This document shows positions 1 through 14,800 of a stretch of 64,000 bases of DNA, piece after piece. Under the pieces are notes generated by a model. That model was not told the DNA's origin. It saw nothing but the letters and a program-made list of their open reading frames with translations, and did not search any database. The DNA is taken from positions 8,650,741-8,714,740 of the forward strand of contig OZ037768.1 in NCBI GenBank assembly GCA_964035545.1, written 5' to 3'. This DNA is from Bugula neritina (lineage: Eukaryota > Animalia > Bryozoa). Numbering within the stretch: position 1 is the first letter of the stretch; each line of letters starts with the position of its first letter. A program made the position numbers and the translations under genes.

Positions 1-1181
1 TCACAGTATTTTAACATTTTCCTGGTAACTTATATTTCTGAATTATGTAGCTGATACTGTTAGCCCTATTTCTAAACAGTTTATATTGACAGAAAACAGA
101 AAAAATATGTGCTATGTTTGCAGTTTCAGCAAGTACTTTGGTATATTAATTATTTATAAATTGTAAAACATTGTTGAAACAAATGTTCATTTTGAGTTTT
201 CTATATTTTTTGCTGTCATTTTGCCTAATTACTTTTTTCAGTTGCAAGTTATTTACCAAGTAAACTTAAAAGGAGAGTGACAAAAAATTTATGCCATTAC
301 ATATTATTATGCTTGTTTGTACAGTCTGATTTATTGATATTAATTAAGCCATTTTTTTAACAGTACTCAACAAGAAAAGGTGCTTCGCCATTACTATTGA
401 AGCCAACAGCCTTTAACATCTATAATAGCAGTTATAACTTTTTATCCATGTATTGACTTTTTGATTCCAATTATTAATGTTGCTCTGCTCGGTAATAACC
501 AGCTATAGCCTATTTTGTGCATTAATTAACAACTGATTAGATAACTCTTACTTTAGCCTGCCTTTTTTTATAATTAATTTTTTATTTAAACCAAGAGATC
601 TTCCTACATGCTCTCTTATCTTTATGGCGTTTGCAACCATTTTCATTCTGAGTATTTCTTTTTGAGATAGAAACAAATAATTAGTCTTTAAAATTGTTAA
701 TTTTTAAAACATTTTTTTAATCGATTAAATTACTAATTTATATTCAAAGATCTATACTTATCTGCATTAACTTAAAACACCCTCCCTTAAGCTGATCTAC
801 ATTAAAAAGTTAATGTGAATATGCCTATTACTTTGATTAATAGATTGTTTCAGTTATGTTGCATTCCTTGTACTGAAGCACCTAGGTGTTGACCATTGTA
901 TATTACTGCCAGTCTTGGGAACTTGTAGTTTTAAAAAAAAATTGTGTTAAAATTGATTTTTCAAGTAGTATGCTAAATATCATAAATTAAACATTTATGA
1001 TTCACAAAACACACTTTTACTTTTTAAATTAGACTTATTAAAACTTTTTCCACATTGAGTAGTTATTACTGGTAGTAACTTGATAATGCTATAACTGATA
1101 GACTAATTGATGCGAGTGATACAAATAATAATACAAAGTGTGTTGTAGGACATGTTGAAAGTGTAGTTGAGTACATTTAAC

Positions 1182-4100
1182 ATGGATCAAAGAAGGATGG
1201 AGATGCGGAACCCAGTAGGCACCGTTTCTTCTCTTACTTCAACTGGAAGTGCAGTGTTTCCAGGTAAGAGATATCCCATGTGCAAACTCATTTACATTTT
1301 CAAGAAATGAAAATGATAATTAAATGACACGGTTGCCAAATTTTGAACATGTTTTGTGCTGATGATTTACTGCGTCAGTATTTTGGTTACATAAAGTAAT
1401 GAAATTATTAATTTTTCTTGTAGATTTACAAGACTACACTTCTCTTTACAACTACCCAGACAATAATGAGCCGGTCAACCTGAGTAATAATAGTCTGTCA
1501 GTTGGGGAGACAACTACCCAGCGTTCTTCCATCCCAAGTCTGCAGGTTGCCGGAGAGAACACTTCTCATTTACACTCATCTAGTCAGCCACCCCCTCACT
1601 CTGGTGAACGTGCTGGTGCCAAGAATACTAGTCATGTTACAGCGTCAACTGCCAGTCGAAATATTAGCTCTTCAACGCCGTTACGCCAAGGCTCCAGTAG
1701 GCCACAGGTTACAGCGTATCCAGTATTGCTGCCCCACCCACCCCCTCTGAAACAGCAATCTCAGTCAGTCCATCAGCAGCTGCATGCTCCTATTCACCAA
1801 CATCCTGCACCTGTCCTGCTGCCACAAACTTCCTCTGCCTCAATTGTATATAGTAAACCGAGCTTTTACCCAGGCCACACTGTTTCCTCTTCTCCAGCCA
1901 TACAAGCAGCTTTGAACCAACCAGTAGTCCACAGGGAAAACAGTGCCAAACACGCAGAGGTATTCCAACGTCCACATTTAGTTTAAAAACTAAAATGAGT
2001 TTTGAAATTGTGGTCGCATTTGTGTTGCGTTGGAGTATTTTGTATTATTAACGTTTAGTATTTAGCTGCACATACTTAATTTACTGTCATATATCAGGTG
2101 ATCAGCAAGGTTGGCAACGTCATCACTGCAAAGACGTATCTGCCATTAACTAAACAGGCACCTACCATGGTACAGTTTTTGAACCAGCCACCCCTCCATT
2201 CCGTAGCTCCGGTAAAACTCACAACTAAATCTCAAAAACCACGCAAAAGGTCACACAGTAAACCAGAGGGAGTGAAAAATTCTGCTAGCAGCAAGTTTAA
2301 GAAAATCAAGTCTTCAACTTTGAAAGTAGCCCAAGATAGGTATAATATATGCTTATTTCAACTAATTATTTAATCATAGCTCAAAAATCTCCCAACAAGT
2401 TTTAAAATGGTGACTGCTACTAGATGTTCTTTGAGTTAATGTCTTAGTTGTCACATTTAGTACAAACGAGGAAGTGTCATGTGGTAGTGTCAACACATCG
2501 TTGTTATTCATTCTTAAAGGTTTGTTTCCGCATCTGAAATATCTGGAACTCCACTGAATGCAAGTTATTCACAATCAGCTCTCTCTTCTACATCTGATAG
2601 ATTCACAGTAGGTTTTCTTACAATCATCAGCTTCTACATAATTGTTAGGTTAGCTGTATATATTGTTCTAGTAGTTAGCAGTTACAGTTGAATTCGTTCC
2701 CTGGCATTACTTTGTGTAACACTGAATATCATACTTTGTATAATATTGGATATAATTTGTATGATACTGAATATACTTTGTATAACACTGAGTATCATCT
2801 GTATAATACTGAGTATAATTTATGTAACACTGGGTATACTTTGTATAACACTGAGTATACTCTGTATAATACTGAGTATACTTTATATAATACTGGGTAT
2901 ACTTTGTATAATACTTTATATAATACTGAGTATACTTTGTATAATACCGAGTATACTCTGTATAATACTGAGTATACCTTGTATACTGTTACAGCCGGTT
3001 CACTCTCCCCATTCTGTGATGATGGTCTCTCTGTCTGGCAGTGCAGACAACTCTCTGCTCAACTCTGAGGCGTCTAATGATGCTTCAAAGGATATTCCTA
3101 AAAATCTCTCCTTGACTTGTGTGGACAAAGAAAAATTTGGTGATTATTATGTTTACTTATTTAGAATAACTTTATGTTGTTGACTGAGTTATGTAACATA
3201 AGATGATGTTGCCTTCAGGTGAACAGTAAAACATTGGAATGTGAAAAAATCGTATACTTTTTAAACCTGAAATTCTCAGTGGAGTATAGATGAAGTTATA
3301 TAGTCATTTCTAGTGTATTGAAGTTCTTTTACAATGTTTATACGCACAGCTCCTGTTGATTTACGGAGCAACAGAGATGGAGAGTTCACTCCAGTACCAA
3401 TCATAAATGATATTTCTGCTGGACCAAAAAGTTTGTTGGAGAAAAGAATGTTGAAGGTATGCATTGCCCTTTTTAATATTTTAATTTATGCTGTCTAACA
3501 TTATTTATTCTAAATAACCATCCTTTTGTGACCTAGAATAGATTTGATTTTACTATGTTTGTATTATTTTATTACCATGGAAACATTGAACAGTGACATC
3601 GCAATTGCTTTAAAAGTGTGTATTTATATATTTGTTCAATTTTAGAAACAGGCTGCTCAGATTAAAGGATCACTCAAGAGCAACGCTACTGTGTTACCAC
3701 CACATGATCTCTACAATCTATTCGTTCAGCAGCTCACCAACTCACCATCAACACATCTTTCTTTAGATGATAGCACAACGTCATCACCACGTCCCCCAGC
3801 ACTTGGGTCACAATCCGTATCGACTCCTGTGTTACACACACAAGCACCTGTCCTGCATTCTGCTCCAGCAGTACACCCGAAGAGAACTTTTGTTAGTCAC
3901 CAGCTGTCTGCTTCAAGTGACCCCCAGTTCTCTTGGCCACTGTATCTTAAACAGTTCAGCTATCAGGCTGCTCCACACTCAGTCTTCAGTCATGTAAGTT
4001 TATGTTTAATAAAACGACTTAGTTTCTAAGAAGCAGCACATTGTTCATGCTTGAGTGAGATTGTATTGAATTTCTGTGCAGGTGGAAGCGAGTCTAGTCA

Positions 4101-7100
4101 ATGGTTTCATGGTTGGTATGAAAGTGGAGACTCCCTTAAGACACACGGACGTAGACAGATATTGGTTGGCCACAATTATCTCTGTTTATGGGCCACTACT
4201 TAAACTCAGGTATTCTCACTTATATATACGACTAAAGTAAAGTATCAGTATTTTGTTATTGTGTACATATGAATTCATTTGCCAGCAATAATTAATATAG
4301 TAAATCTTCCAGTTGATATAGCTGATATCGTCAAATTACTTGTCATTTACCTCAGCTAGGTTTAAGTTGCATCGGTTAGTAAATTATTGCTTTAACATAT
4401 TTGACTTCAACTAACTTAGACCCAGCTTCGCCAAGTCCTACCAAATAAACATTTTTGTATAGTAAATAAATGATCACGTGTGCCTGGTACATGGAAACAT
4501 GATTTTAAACTTCTAACAAAAGCAGCTGTTGAGACAGACCTTTTATACTGCTGCCACATTAAGAAGCACCTGCTCACTTATAACTATGTACATATAGAAT
4601 GTCTAGATTATCTCTCCCTATAACTCAATCCACTGCGATTGTAGATTTGATGGCTATGGAGACAGAAGTAAAGACTTTGCTATGCTATGCACCTCAGAAA
4701 ACTTACACTCTATTGGCTGGTGTGCCGCAATGAAGAAATCTTTGTTTCCTCCTGCAGGTCTCATCTTGAAACTAAAATGTTATTGTGTCGAATTTACAGT
4801 CGATTGAATTATTATAGTCTCATACTACATTATGTTGAATCATAAAATTTAAATTTTGTATTCATGGACTTACGTGGTTCATGCTTTCGAAAATAAGATC
4901 TGGTTCTTTGCTATTTTAGATATTCGACACACACAGAGAAATTGGGAAAGTTTTTTGAGGAATGCTCTAAATGGTGCTAAGACTGTGCCTTCGTATCTGG
5001 TTGGTCCTCGGGCTAGTCCTTGGCCGGCTCGCCGTATTAGACAGGGCATGAGGCTAGAGGTGCTGCACGAGAAGCTTCCAACGGCTGTATGGATAGCAAA
5101 GGTACTTGCGTCATACTTTAATAAAGTGGTCGAATGTGGAGTAAAGTTATCAAGAAGGGACAATCTATTACATCGTGCTGAGCTGTGTTTTGTACAAGCA
5201 GTAAACTATTGTTAAAACATTTATATTTATACAAAGTGGAATGAGAATAACTTTTTATTCTAGTTTTCTGATGTTTGGGAGTTTTGAACTTTGTGCAGGT
5301 CATCCGTAATGTCGGAGGGAGAATAAAGCTGAGATACGAAGGTTCTATTGATGATGCAACAGACTTCTGGTTGTTTTACCGTGACAGACGAATACGTTAT
5401 TGTGGTTGGGCAATGGAATTCAAACATACTCAAGCTATAATATACAGGCCTCCAGATGGTATGCTTAGGGTTGTTCAATAATTTTCTTGACAATGATTGT
5501 TACCTCTAACAGAAGAGGTGCTTACATTTTTATTTCTTGTTATTTTTTGCTTTTTTCACATGTCATCGTTGGATAATATTTTTAGAAATCAGATCCACAT
5601 ATGAATACGAAGCGTGGAGCGAAATACTAGCCAAGGTTACCAGAGATCAGAGCATTGAGCGAATTCCTGAAGAAATTCTTCACGTGGTAAGACTTTACAT
5701 CTCTGAAACATAACCAGTATGCGTTTTACAACTGTAGTGCTAATGCAATGGCTCTAAAACTGTCAAACTTGAGAGAAGTATTTCAGTATGGAAGAGGTAG
5801 AGGGCTCTGTGACTCTCCTGCATGTATAAATTATTTTTTAACGGAGATATTTATTACTTGAGTTGTTGATAAGTACAACTAATTATATATTTATAAAACT
5901 GTTGTTACTAGTGTTGTCCTCAATTCACTGAACATAGCAATCTGTTCATCATTTAGCAACAACTTAGATTGTGGTGTCAGAAAGACATCTTTATGTATGT
6001 GAAATATCGGGCAACTATGGATTTAAAAGTTTTAGAGTCAGAGTAAATCGTTGGCAGTGTGCAGTTTCAATATTATTTCTGTTTCATTAATTTTCTTTGC
6101 AGAATCATGACGTGCCAATAAATCACACCTTCATGGCCGGTCAAGTCCTTGAAACAGTCCACCCATCAGGTCTTTATATAAGTCCTGCTAAGATCTCTAT
6201 GCCCATCTCTAATAGCAATTACATCCTCGTTCAAATCATTGAAAGTGACAATCCTAGCGCTGTGGAAGGCGCTTCCAGCATGCCACCAGTGACCAAGTGC
6301 TGCCATGTACGTGATTACACTCTGCTTCCGGTTGGCTGGTGCAAAGAAAATGGAGTAAAACTCGGTAAGCTAGGATTTTAACAACATTTATTTAGCACAC
6401 ATTTATAAACAGGGCACACTGACTATTTGTAATTCACTTATTATTGTTAATTAAATGTGAAAGCCGATGTATGTTTTGCAGGGAAAACAAGTAGCACAGA
6501 TAACACAGAATTTGATTGGAATAAATATAACAGAAACACCGGCGCTTCCATGGCAACAGACCCCATTCTAACCAATCAAGTAAGAATATTCTAAATGAAC
6601 ATAATCGGTTTACTCTTGAAAATGTTAAGAAAGCCTTCAAATAATCTTTTTTTTTCAGATTTTCTAACTTTACCAAAGCATACTGTGTCTAGGCAAAGTT
6701 AGTCGTGGTTTAGCAATTACAAAATTCCTTTTGTTTTATTTATAGTTGGTAATGAATAATAAATTTCCCCAAAGTTGTTGAATCGAATACTAAATAAGTT
6801 ACTGTGAAGTTTTATCATTAGATACAGACTTATTAATATTATACAGTTTTACAATATATATAATATATTATTTATTTTGCAATTTGTTTACACTCAGTTG
6901 AAAAATTATATAGGAAAAACATAAGCGATTGAGCTAAGCCTTCCACTCAACATAGCTTTGTGATAAATTTGTAAAACAGGTGTTGGGGGGAATTAAAGTT
7001 ATATGGCTAAACTTAAAATACAAGTACATAATAATTTTATGTTTAGCTTTACAGAATTATTTCATACTGCATGTTTTTATGTTATAATTGATATTTATTT

Positions 7101-10100
7101 GCAAGCTTCCTGTTGAATATTCTTCATCTATGTATATATAACAATGCAACAGAATTGCCCAATAGGTTTATAGCAAAGTACACAAACTGAAATACTGTCA
7201 TTTTTACAATAAAATTTACATCGGGTTATGACTTTGTGCTTGACATGTTGAGGTTGGCTTTCTTTAATAGCTTTGTTATGTGCTTTGTATGCAAAATAAC
7301 AAAGATAAATGTTTCAGATAAATCAAGTTGAAGCTGCACATGGATTTTGTACATTTTTTAGCGCGTGCCCAATCACAATTTTGTTGTCAATCACAAACTT
7401 GAAGCGGTGAACCCTGCTAATCCGAACCAGATCTGCTTGGCTACCATCAAACGGATTGTTAAACGGTTGGTATTAGTTAAACTATTGTAATACAATTTTT
7501 ATATTTCTTTTTTCATTTTTATTATTTGTGATTTTCATTTTGAATTTACCTGAATTTTTACTTGTGCATGTCAGCAAGAGACTGTATAAACATTCTACGG
7601 GCTAAAAACTTGCTAGCTGTAGAATATTGGTTTGTAGAATTAATTTACATTAGTCAAAGAGTAGTCTATATTCAATATTTTGTCTAATTTTAGTCTGATG
7701 TGGCTGGAAATTTACACAACACCGACTACGATGGCCACAATTATCACTGATGTCACTTCTCAGACGATATTCCCTGCTGGCTGGTGTGAAAGTAATAACT
7801 ACCCTTTGACTGCTCCTCAGATAGAAATGGCTAAATCATCTACAGATACTCCCTCCACATCTCAACATCTCCAAAATACCGGTACCTTGTACTGAAAGCT
7901 TATAAGTTGTCATACTGTAATTTTTCCTACTTTACAAATGTTCTAAGCCCCAGCGCTGATAGTATTCTGTGATGCTAAAGTTTACAAAATGTATTAGTTC
8001 ATGGAACTTTTCACTATTATAAATGGGTGAAAACACATGTTAGCATGGTGTAAAGTATGTTGTCAGTGCGACTGTATGGTGTAATTACATCATCTTTATT
8101 TTTTGCTTTTGCAGCAGAACTGGCTCCAAAGATTTATTTTAATCACACATGCTTTTCTGGCCCCTTCTTGAGTAAGGGACGTATACTAGAGCTACCCAAA
8201 TGCATCGAGCCACGTGGTGTGAAGTCTATGGTTAAAGAAATGCTCAACTTACTAATAAGTGTTGGTTACAAGTCTTCTTACATTCTCAAAACTCTGCAGC
8301 GAACTGAAGCTCCCAATAAAGACCTCCACCCTCAAGTTATCAAAACAATGTATGTTTTTCTATTTCCTATAATATTATGAAATATGAGAAGGATTGTGTA
8401 GCATCTAGTTAGTTTTATATCTCACCAACAATGCTCTGTTATGAAGGTGTAAAGGGAGGAACTATGAGGGAGTTATTGAAATCTGCACTAAACCAGAAGA
8501 GCTTGCCCCTTTCTGTAGAAAGATCTGTAAACGCTTGAAATGCTGTTCAAACCTTGTGTCTACAGAGAAAGTTAAAGGGATGTGCAGTGAAAACTGTCAT
8601 ACTCTAACCAAGACACAATTCTGTAAGTATGCATGTTGTTACCCAACTTAGTTCAATAGACTTCTTTTTCAGATTATGTTAATTTATATTTTCTATATGA
8701 TAACATTTGTCTGGATGGCATAGCATGACATTGTACTCAGAGCTTGTAATGTTTTAGTATGCATACAAAATAGAAAACCCGGCCGTCCTAGTGGCACTAA
8801 TCCAGATGGTAGCAAGAAGAAACGAAGGAAAAAACGAAAGAAGGTATAGTTTCGCTGTTGAAATTAAATCTAAAAATACAAGTTAGATAGATTCTGTTGA
8901 TAGGTTTGCACTAAATTGAAACCATAATAAACTATAAATTTGTATAGTTGAAAAAGGCACGTGATTTTTATCTCATTATATTTGCAAATTCATAATATTC
9001 TGTGAAGATTTTAAGGTAATTCATAGCTGTACTTGTATTTCATTTAGGTGTTCACTCCAAAGAGAAATCTATACATTCCAAAGTATGAGTACCCGGAAGC
9101 TGGCAGCGATAATGGGTCGGCATCGTCTAACTCCGTGGATGAAGTGACATCACTTTCAGCGGAAGAAAAAGTGCAGTCAGACTTCCTACCTACTTTTTCT
9201 TCAGTGAAATCTTCTGTACAGTATCTGACGCCTGCTGTTAGACCAAGAGCTGAAATTTCTGAAAGAGATTCCAAGGATACTGACATTTCCTCTAGTGATC
9301 TACAGAACCCACTGTTTCAGCTTGGCTTGCAATGCATCAAGGTTAATTTCGTGGTTTTTGTTCTTTAGGGTGAACAGTTTAAAAGTTGGTTGGAAATGTT
9401 GTGTCATCTAACATGTTATGATTGCACTTTAGCCTGGGTGTGATAGTTTTACTGTGTTGTTTATGCAGGAAGCTTCTCTCTCAGCCTCGAGATCAACTCT
9501 GTCTAACAATACGCTTTCTCCCGTGCATCAGCAGAAGGTGGGTGATGCCGTGGAGCCTCAGCAATATCAAATAGTCAAGTCCAAGAAGAAAAGAGGTCGG
9601 CCACCCAAACAACAATCTCCGCAGGAACACCAGAACTTTACAGACTCCACTGTAGCTTTCAACAAGCGTTATCCAACAGTGCCGCCCCTTAAGATTAGGT
9701 GAATATGGTATATGCTATAAAAATTTGTTAATAATATTTCATCTTCGACACGTAATTTGCAATATTTCTGTAAGTGTATGTTATATGCACGCTTTGATGG
9801 CAGTAGAACCATTACTTTTTTCAGTATATTTTGAGTATTTTTGTTTAAGATGGTATGCTTTGGTGCATTTATTAAACATGTGTTTTGATGTGACAGTATT
9901 GCAGTGTAATTATGTGTATAAATATATGTGTATGTTTAATGAAAAAGAATTTTTAGAGTAAATAAATATTAATTAATATTTGCAGACGGTTGGAGATGTC
10001 GCCATCTTCCATGTCTGGCCAGAAAGTAGGTGCAGACGTTATATCAAGTGCCGAGATGAATGGCGCCGCAGATCAGCTCACAGACAGACTATCAACAGCA

Positions 10101-10879
10101 TCTGAATCTGCAACATCTTTCTCCAAGTCTAAAATGCAGAAAGTTATTCTTGTTAATACTAAAGCTGAAGCGCAGAAAGTTTCACCTCTCTCAGTCAGAA
10201 CAAACTTGCCATCTAATAGCAGATCTGGGCTACTGCTCAAAGCAGCTACGCCCAGAACCATGTCTCACTCAGCCTTAGCCTTTTCCAAAGCTAGACTTCG
10301 AATTGAGTCCAAAGATCAAATAGACTTGAAGGAAAATCCTATGCTCTGGGATGTGGAGAAAGTTCAAGGATTTCTGAGGGAAACAGATTGTGCATGTTTG
10401 GCTGACAAAATGAACGAACATGTAAGCTATTTGATTAATTTGATTTATGGACATACCAGCATAAGCAGCATCATGTGTCAGCATTTCATAAACAACATTT
10501 ATTACTTCTGCTGGGTCAGCTTGACAACAACCTAGACATTTTTTTTATTCAATCCAAATACCATACCATTAGATTCTAGTCACTCTACCACGATGCTGCT
10601 TATATCATAGTAGAGTGACATGGTGGGTCATTATAATGGTAGTGAAGCATCTGGTTCCTACTTATAAATTGTTTTAATTTCTGATTATTTTATGTTTGTT
10701 TTTCTTTTTGTAAGGATATTGATGGGCCATCATTCATGCTCCTGGTGCTACCTATAATACAAGAGGAGTTAGAGCTGAAGCTGGGCCCTGCTATCAAGTT
10801 ATGTCATCATGTGCAGAGACTAAAACTCGCCTATTATGAGAAGTTTCATCCTGAGATTTTAGCTGGAGATGGCTTGTAA
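1182..10879 (+). CDS. SFMBT1: Scm-like with four MBT domains protein (MBT x4, SLED/DUF3588, SAM), multi-exon
   Basis: Approximate exons: 1182-1263, 1424-1959, 2098-2339, 2461-~2519, 2579-2607, 2995-3139, 3349-3457, 3646-3993, 4082-4209, 4645-4757, 4920-5101, 5299-5458, 5586-5686, 6103-6364, 6482-6579, 7361-7465, 7694-7881, 8114-8348, 8447-8622, 8758-8843, 9048-9341, 9469-9698, 9986-10421, 10715-10879. Four MBT repeats (GMKVE..YWLATI..IGWC; GMRLEV..VWIAKVIRNVGGRIKLRYEG; LPVGWCKENG; KLEAVNPANPNQICLATI..IFPAGWCESNNYPL). SLED motifs PKIYFNHTCFSGPFLSKGRILELP and CSENCHTLTKT. C-terminal SAM IDGPSFMLL..LKLGPAIKLCHHV. SFMBT1 and SFMBT2 cannot be distinguished (probably a co-orthologue). Confidence 0.92.
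2712..2988. repeat. 21-bp minisatellite (TATAATACTGAGTATACTTTG), about 13 copies, intronic
   Basis: Directly visible tandem units ending next to the AG acceptor at 2993-2994; it generates the spurious YNTEYTL ORFs. Confidence 0.95.
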
Positions 10880-11889
10880 TGGACCGTTTTACTCACTAGT
10901 CATCTGTATTCCTACTCTCATCAGTTTAAATACTTTACTGACATCACCAAACTCTCCATATTTTGTGCATGTAATTGGTATATAATGCGTTATTATAATA
11001 GAAATCTTATTGCCTTTGCTTAGTTTTGGCTTGCTTATATAAGATGTGATTATTGTACATAAGACAATTATTATAAAGTTTTACTTCATGTGCTGACAAT
11101 TCTCATACTTTTGAAATTATTTTGTGATGGATCACTACTCAGTTACAATGTAATTGATTATAGATCATCAAACTAAATAATTTATATACAGATACATAAA
11201 ATCTTATTATTTTGGTAATTTCTGTAGAAATATGCCATTATTCATTTATGTATTGCTTTGTTGGAAAATAAATTCCTAATTTTATTTCAAATTTGATATT
11301 TTAATTATTTACTGTATTGGGTAGTGACATGCCTTTTATTATTAAAAAAATATTTGTAACCATGTGATGGTGATAATACTGAGTGGTTTATCATAGCATT
11401 AGACTTCACCAAGAATTTTAAAGATACATTTCATGTTTTAATATACATTTTATTCGAGTATCAAGAAGTTTAAACAGATTGAACTATGCAGCAATTAAAG
11501 AAGTAAATGAAAGTAATGCTAAGAAGAATTCATTTAGCCACACCATAGCAATAAATAGTTTTACAGTATACACATAACTTGGAGTTGCTGGCCAAGATGT
11601 GGACCACATGCAGCCTAAGTGATGAGTAAAACTTAGCTGAGTAAAAATTATGCAATAAAAAATCCTTTTAGAGTCACTCAAATCAGTCATTTAATAAATC
11701 AAACAGCATCACAGAATTTCATGGACGGGAACAATAATAGGAACATAAGCTTAATATTTATATAAATTTATAAATACTAATAAAAAAGTTCAACAGCAGT
11801 AAATAAAATGTAAAAACAATACCTTCAAGTTACATATAAATGTATGTGCATTGTGCATACAAGTTCTTTTAACTTCGCATAATGGAGCA

Positions 11890-14800
11890 TTATTGACCAT
11901 GTGAAACAGAGTTTATAACAGCTGGCATAAAATTGGTGAACTCCTTTACCAAAGACTCGTATTTAGTTTGATGTCTAAACTGAGCCTTCTCGGCAACTTT
12001 TTGTCGCTTTTCTGTTACAAAAAGAGCTTCCACAAGGTTTGCATTTTCTATATACAATTCTCTAACTAAATTATCAGATTTGGTGGTTTTCAACATTTGT
12101 TCCTTTAATTTTTCTAAAAATACAAAAGCAAACTTTATACTTGGTTACATATTGCAAGATCTAACTTAACTGTTCATTAAATTCATCAACAGTTCAAGTA
12201 CCCATGACAGTATAATACAAGAGGAAACAATTGCAACAGGTTCAAAGACAGCACACTTTACCTTAGTCAAGTACAAATCACATTCACCAGCACAACTTAT
12301 GTATATAAGGGGACTGTTTCTATTTGCAAACGCAATAAAAGGCTAATAATTGTTGCAGCCAATATCTATTATGTGTTTAAATTAAGTAACTTAAAATTAG
12401 CTCCTTTTTTAAACAACTAATAAAAATATTGCTAATATCAATGGCCATAGTTGAAGCCAACAAATGGAAGCATGAGCAACATAATACCTGTAACTTCAGA
12501 AAGGCTTTTCCTAGTTACCAACAACCTCCTTTTGTAATCATCCATTTGAAATCGTAGGCTGGAAAGAGTTTTATGGTTATCATCCTGAGAATCTGCAAAT
12601 GTTATAGAAAAATTGTACAGTCATCTGATAAGAGAAGTAGTCTTTATGCAGCTTTAGCTTCATTGTCACCTTGGAAAACAGGGTTTTGATATGTGAGCAG
12701 AAGAAAGGATTTACTTGTTATTTAAAAGCATGTTCAACCAAGGATGAAATATTAAGGTTTCTATGATTAAGGGTTAGTGTGTAATAGGATGTGTGCTTGA
12801 AATGTGAATGAAATTTCTATTTGTGGCCAATTCAACAAAAGTCTTATATAGCTTTAAAAACTTGTGTTTCCATCAGTTTGAGTTGTCAAAATACAGCTCC
12901 GTAAAATGTATTACATGATACTAAAACATGACCAAGCGACTGACCCAGTAACAACCGCCTTCCTTCTGTTGACTGCACTTTTAAAGCTTCTTCCAACTCC
13001 TGACACCTCTTTACCTCTTTGTCTAATTTGTTCTGAAGAGTAGAATAAGCATCAGAGTTGGGTCCCTTACTGAGCAACAACTTAAGATCCTGCACTTCTC
13101 TCGAGTGCTGAGATTTAGCGAGATGCAACTCCGCAGTCAAGTTGAATATTTTCTCTTCGGCATCACTCAGTTTCCTAACCAATGATTGGCTACTTTCGCT
13201 CGATGTTTTCTCTTTCTCAGAAAGTTCTGATTCTGTGCAGGTGTTATTTAGAGGAGAAGCTACTTGTTTGTAACTTGGTGCAGCTGTTGAAGTTTGCAGA
13301 GTGGCAAGTTGCTGATGGAGTTCTTTGATTTGATTTTGCAATGCAGACTTTTCATCTTTATGTAATCTCTGTACTTTCTCAAGTTCCCTTTCCAAGTTAT
13401 TTCTAGCTAGCATCATCTAAATCAGTAAAAGATACAATTGACAAAAATCAAGTGAAGTATACATTACAATGCATGCAGTCTACGCTTTGACAAAAGCTCA
13501 AGGTAAAAAGCATACTTTAAAAATAAGTTTACAAGATAGTAAAGTTGACACATTAGCGAACTAGACTTCGAAATGTTTATTACTGGCAACTAAGAGAAAG
13601 ACAGCAATACTATCTTTACATGAAATGATACTGTCAAAGTAAGATGCGCAATGAGGTTATTCAATAGCTGGTTTACATCACATGCACTTGCTTTGCTTCT
13701 CTTGTAAAACCGCTGTTGCACTGTAACAATCTGCTGTACACTCACCTTGTTTTTCTCTAACTGCACATCATCTCTCTCATTCATAGACTGATCTCGTTCT
13801 TGCATTAGCTTTCTCAGTTCTTTCTTGTCCACGGACTGTTCAAGCTGCCTTTCTAGACTTGTCAACTTGGCTTTCAGAGCATTAATCTGCATCTCATACT
13901 CTTCTCTCTCTTCATTGAACGCCAACTGCACCACCTGTATTTGCTCTAAAAACTCTTCCTACAGATAGAGAGCAACATTATTGCCAAATTGGTAGTAGAT
14001 GGTACATGCTCTCTCGTTATGCAAGTTGAGACAATTTCCTCATATAAACTCACTCATCATCTCAGCTACTCTGATAAAAAAAACTCATTTACCATACTAG
14101 CTACTAAGCTATGATATAATTTCTTTATCATGGAAATTGCTGACAATAACATATTAAATAGCAGTGATGACCTAACACAAGCTCTTTGATGACAGCCACC
14201 ATACTACCTATTAGACTATCATTAATTTCTTTATCATGAAAATTGCTGACAATATTATATTATATAGCATTGACGACAGCCACCCACCTCACACTCTCCT
14301 CTAACATTCTCTTCAATGTCTTCCATTTGATCTTCAAGTTCATACAATCTAAAAATATAGACCTTCAAGTTTATATTTGGAGTAATTACTGCTACATATA
14401 TTTAATGTAATCAGTAAACTATGACTATGACAGGTTAGCACTACTATGAACCTGAGTCAAAATATTATATTTAACTAATGCAAAACACAATACCATATTT
14501 TGATGCTGTTTTATGTTATTTCAATATATTTTAGTAGGAACAAATAATACATGCCTGTCATTAAACTGATCCTCCATTGACTGTTTCTCTTTATTCAGCA
14601 GATCAAAGAGTTCATCTTTCTCCAGTTGAAAGGCTGACTCTAGATGACGTTTGGCTACTTCTACTTCATTCTGGGTTTGCTCTTCAACTAGCTGAAAGAA
14701 GTCGGCTTTAAGCTTACCCTTCAATGCATCCGAACCCTGCAGTGAAAAGCATATGCAATATTCATACAGCATAACACCACTTCATTAATAAAACCAACTC

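Noticed and set aside
2688-3068. Repetitive ORFs (YNTEYTL / ILCIILS)
   Set aside because: Artefacts of the intronic 21-bp minisatellite; only 2995-3139 fits the SFMBT exon chain.
14110-14285. Local duplication of about 100 bp (TAATTTCTTTATCATG..GACAGCCACC)
   Set aside because: Ordinary intronic tandem duplication with no evident function.
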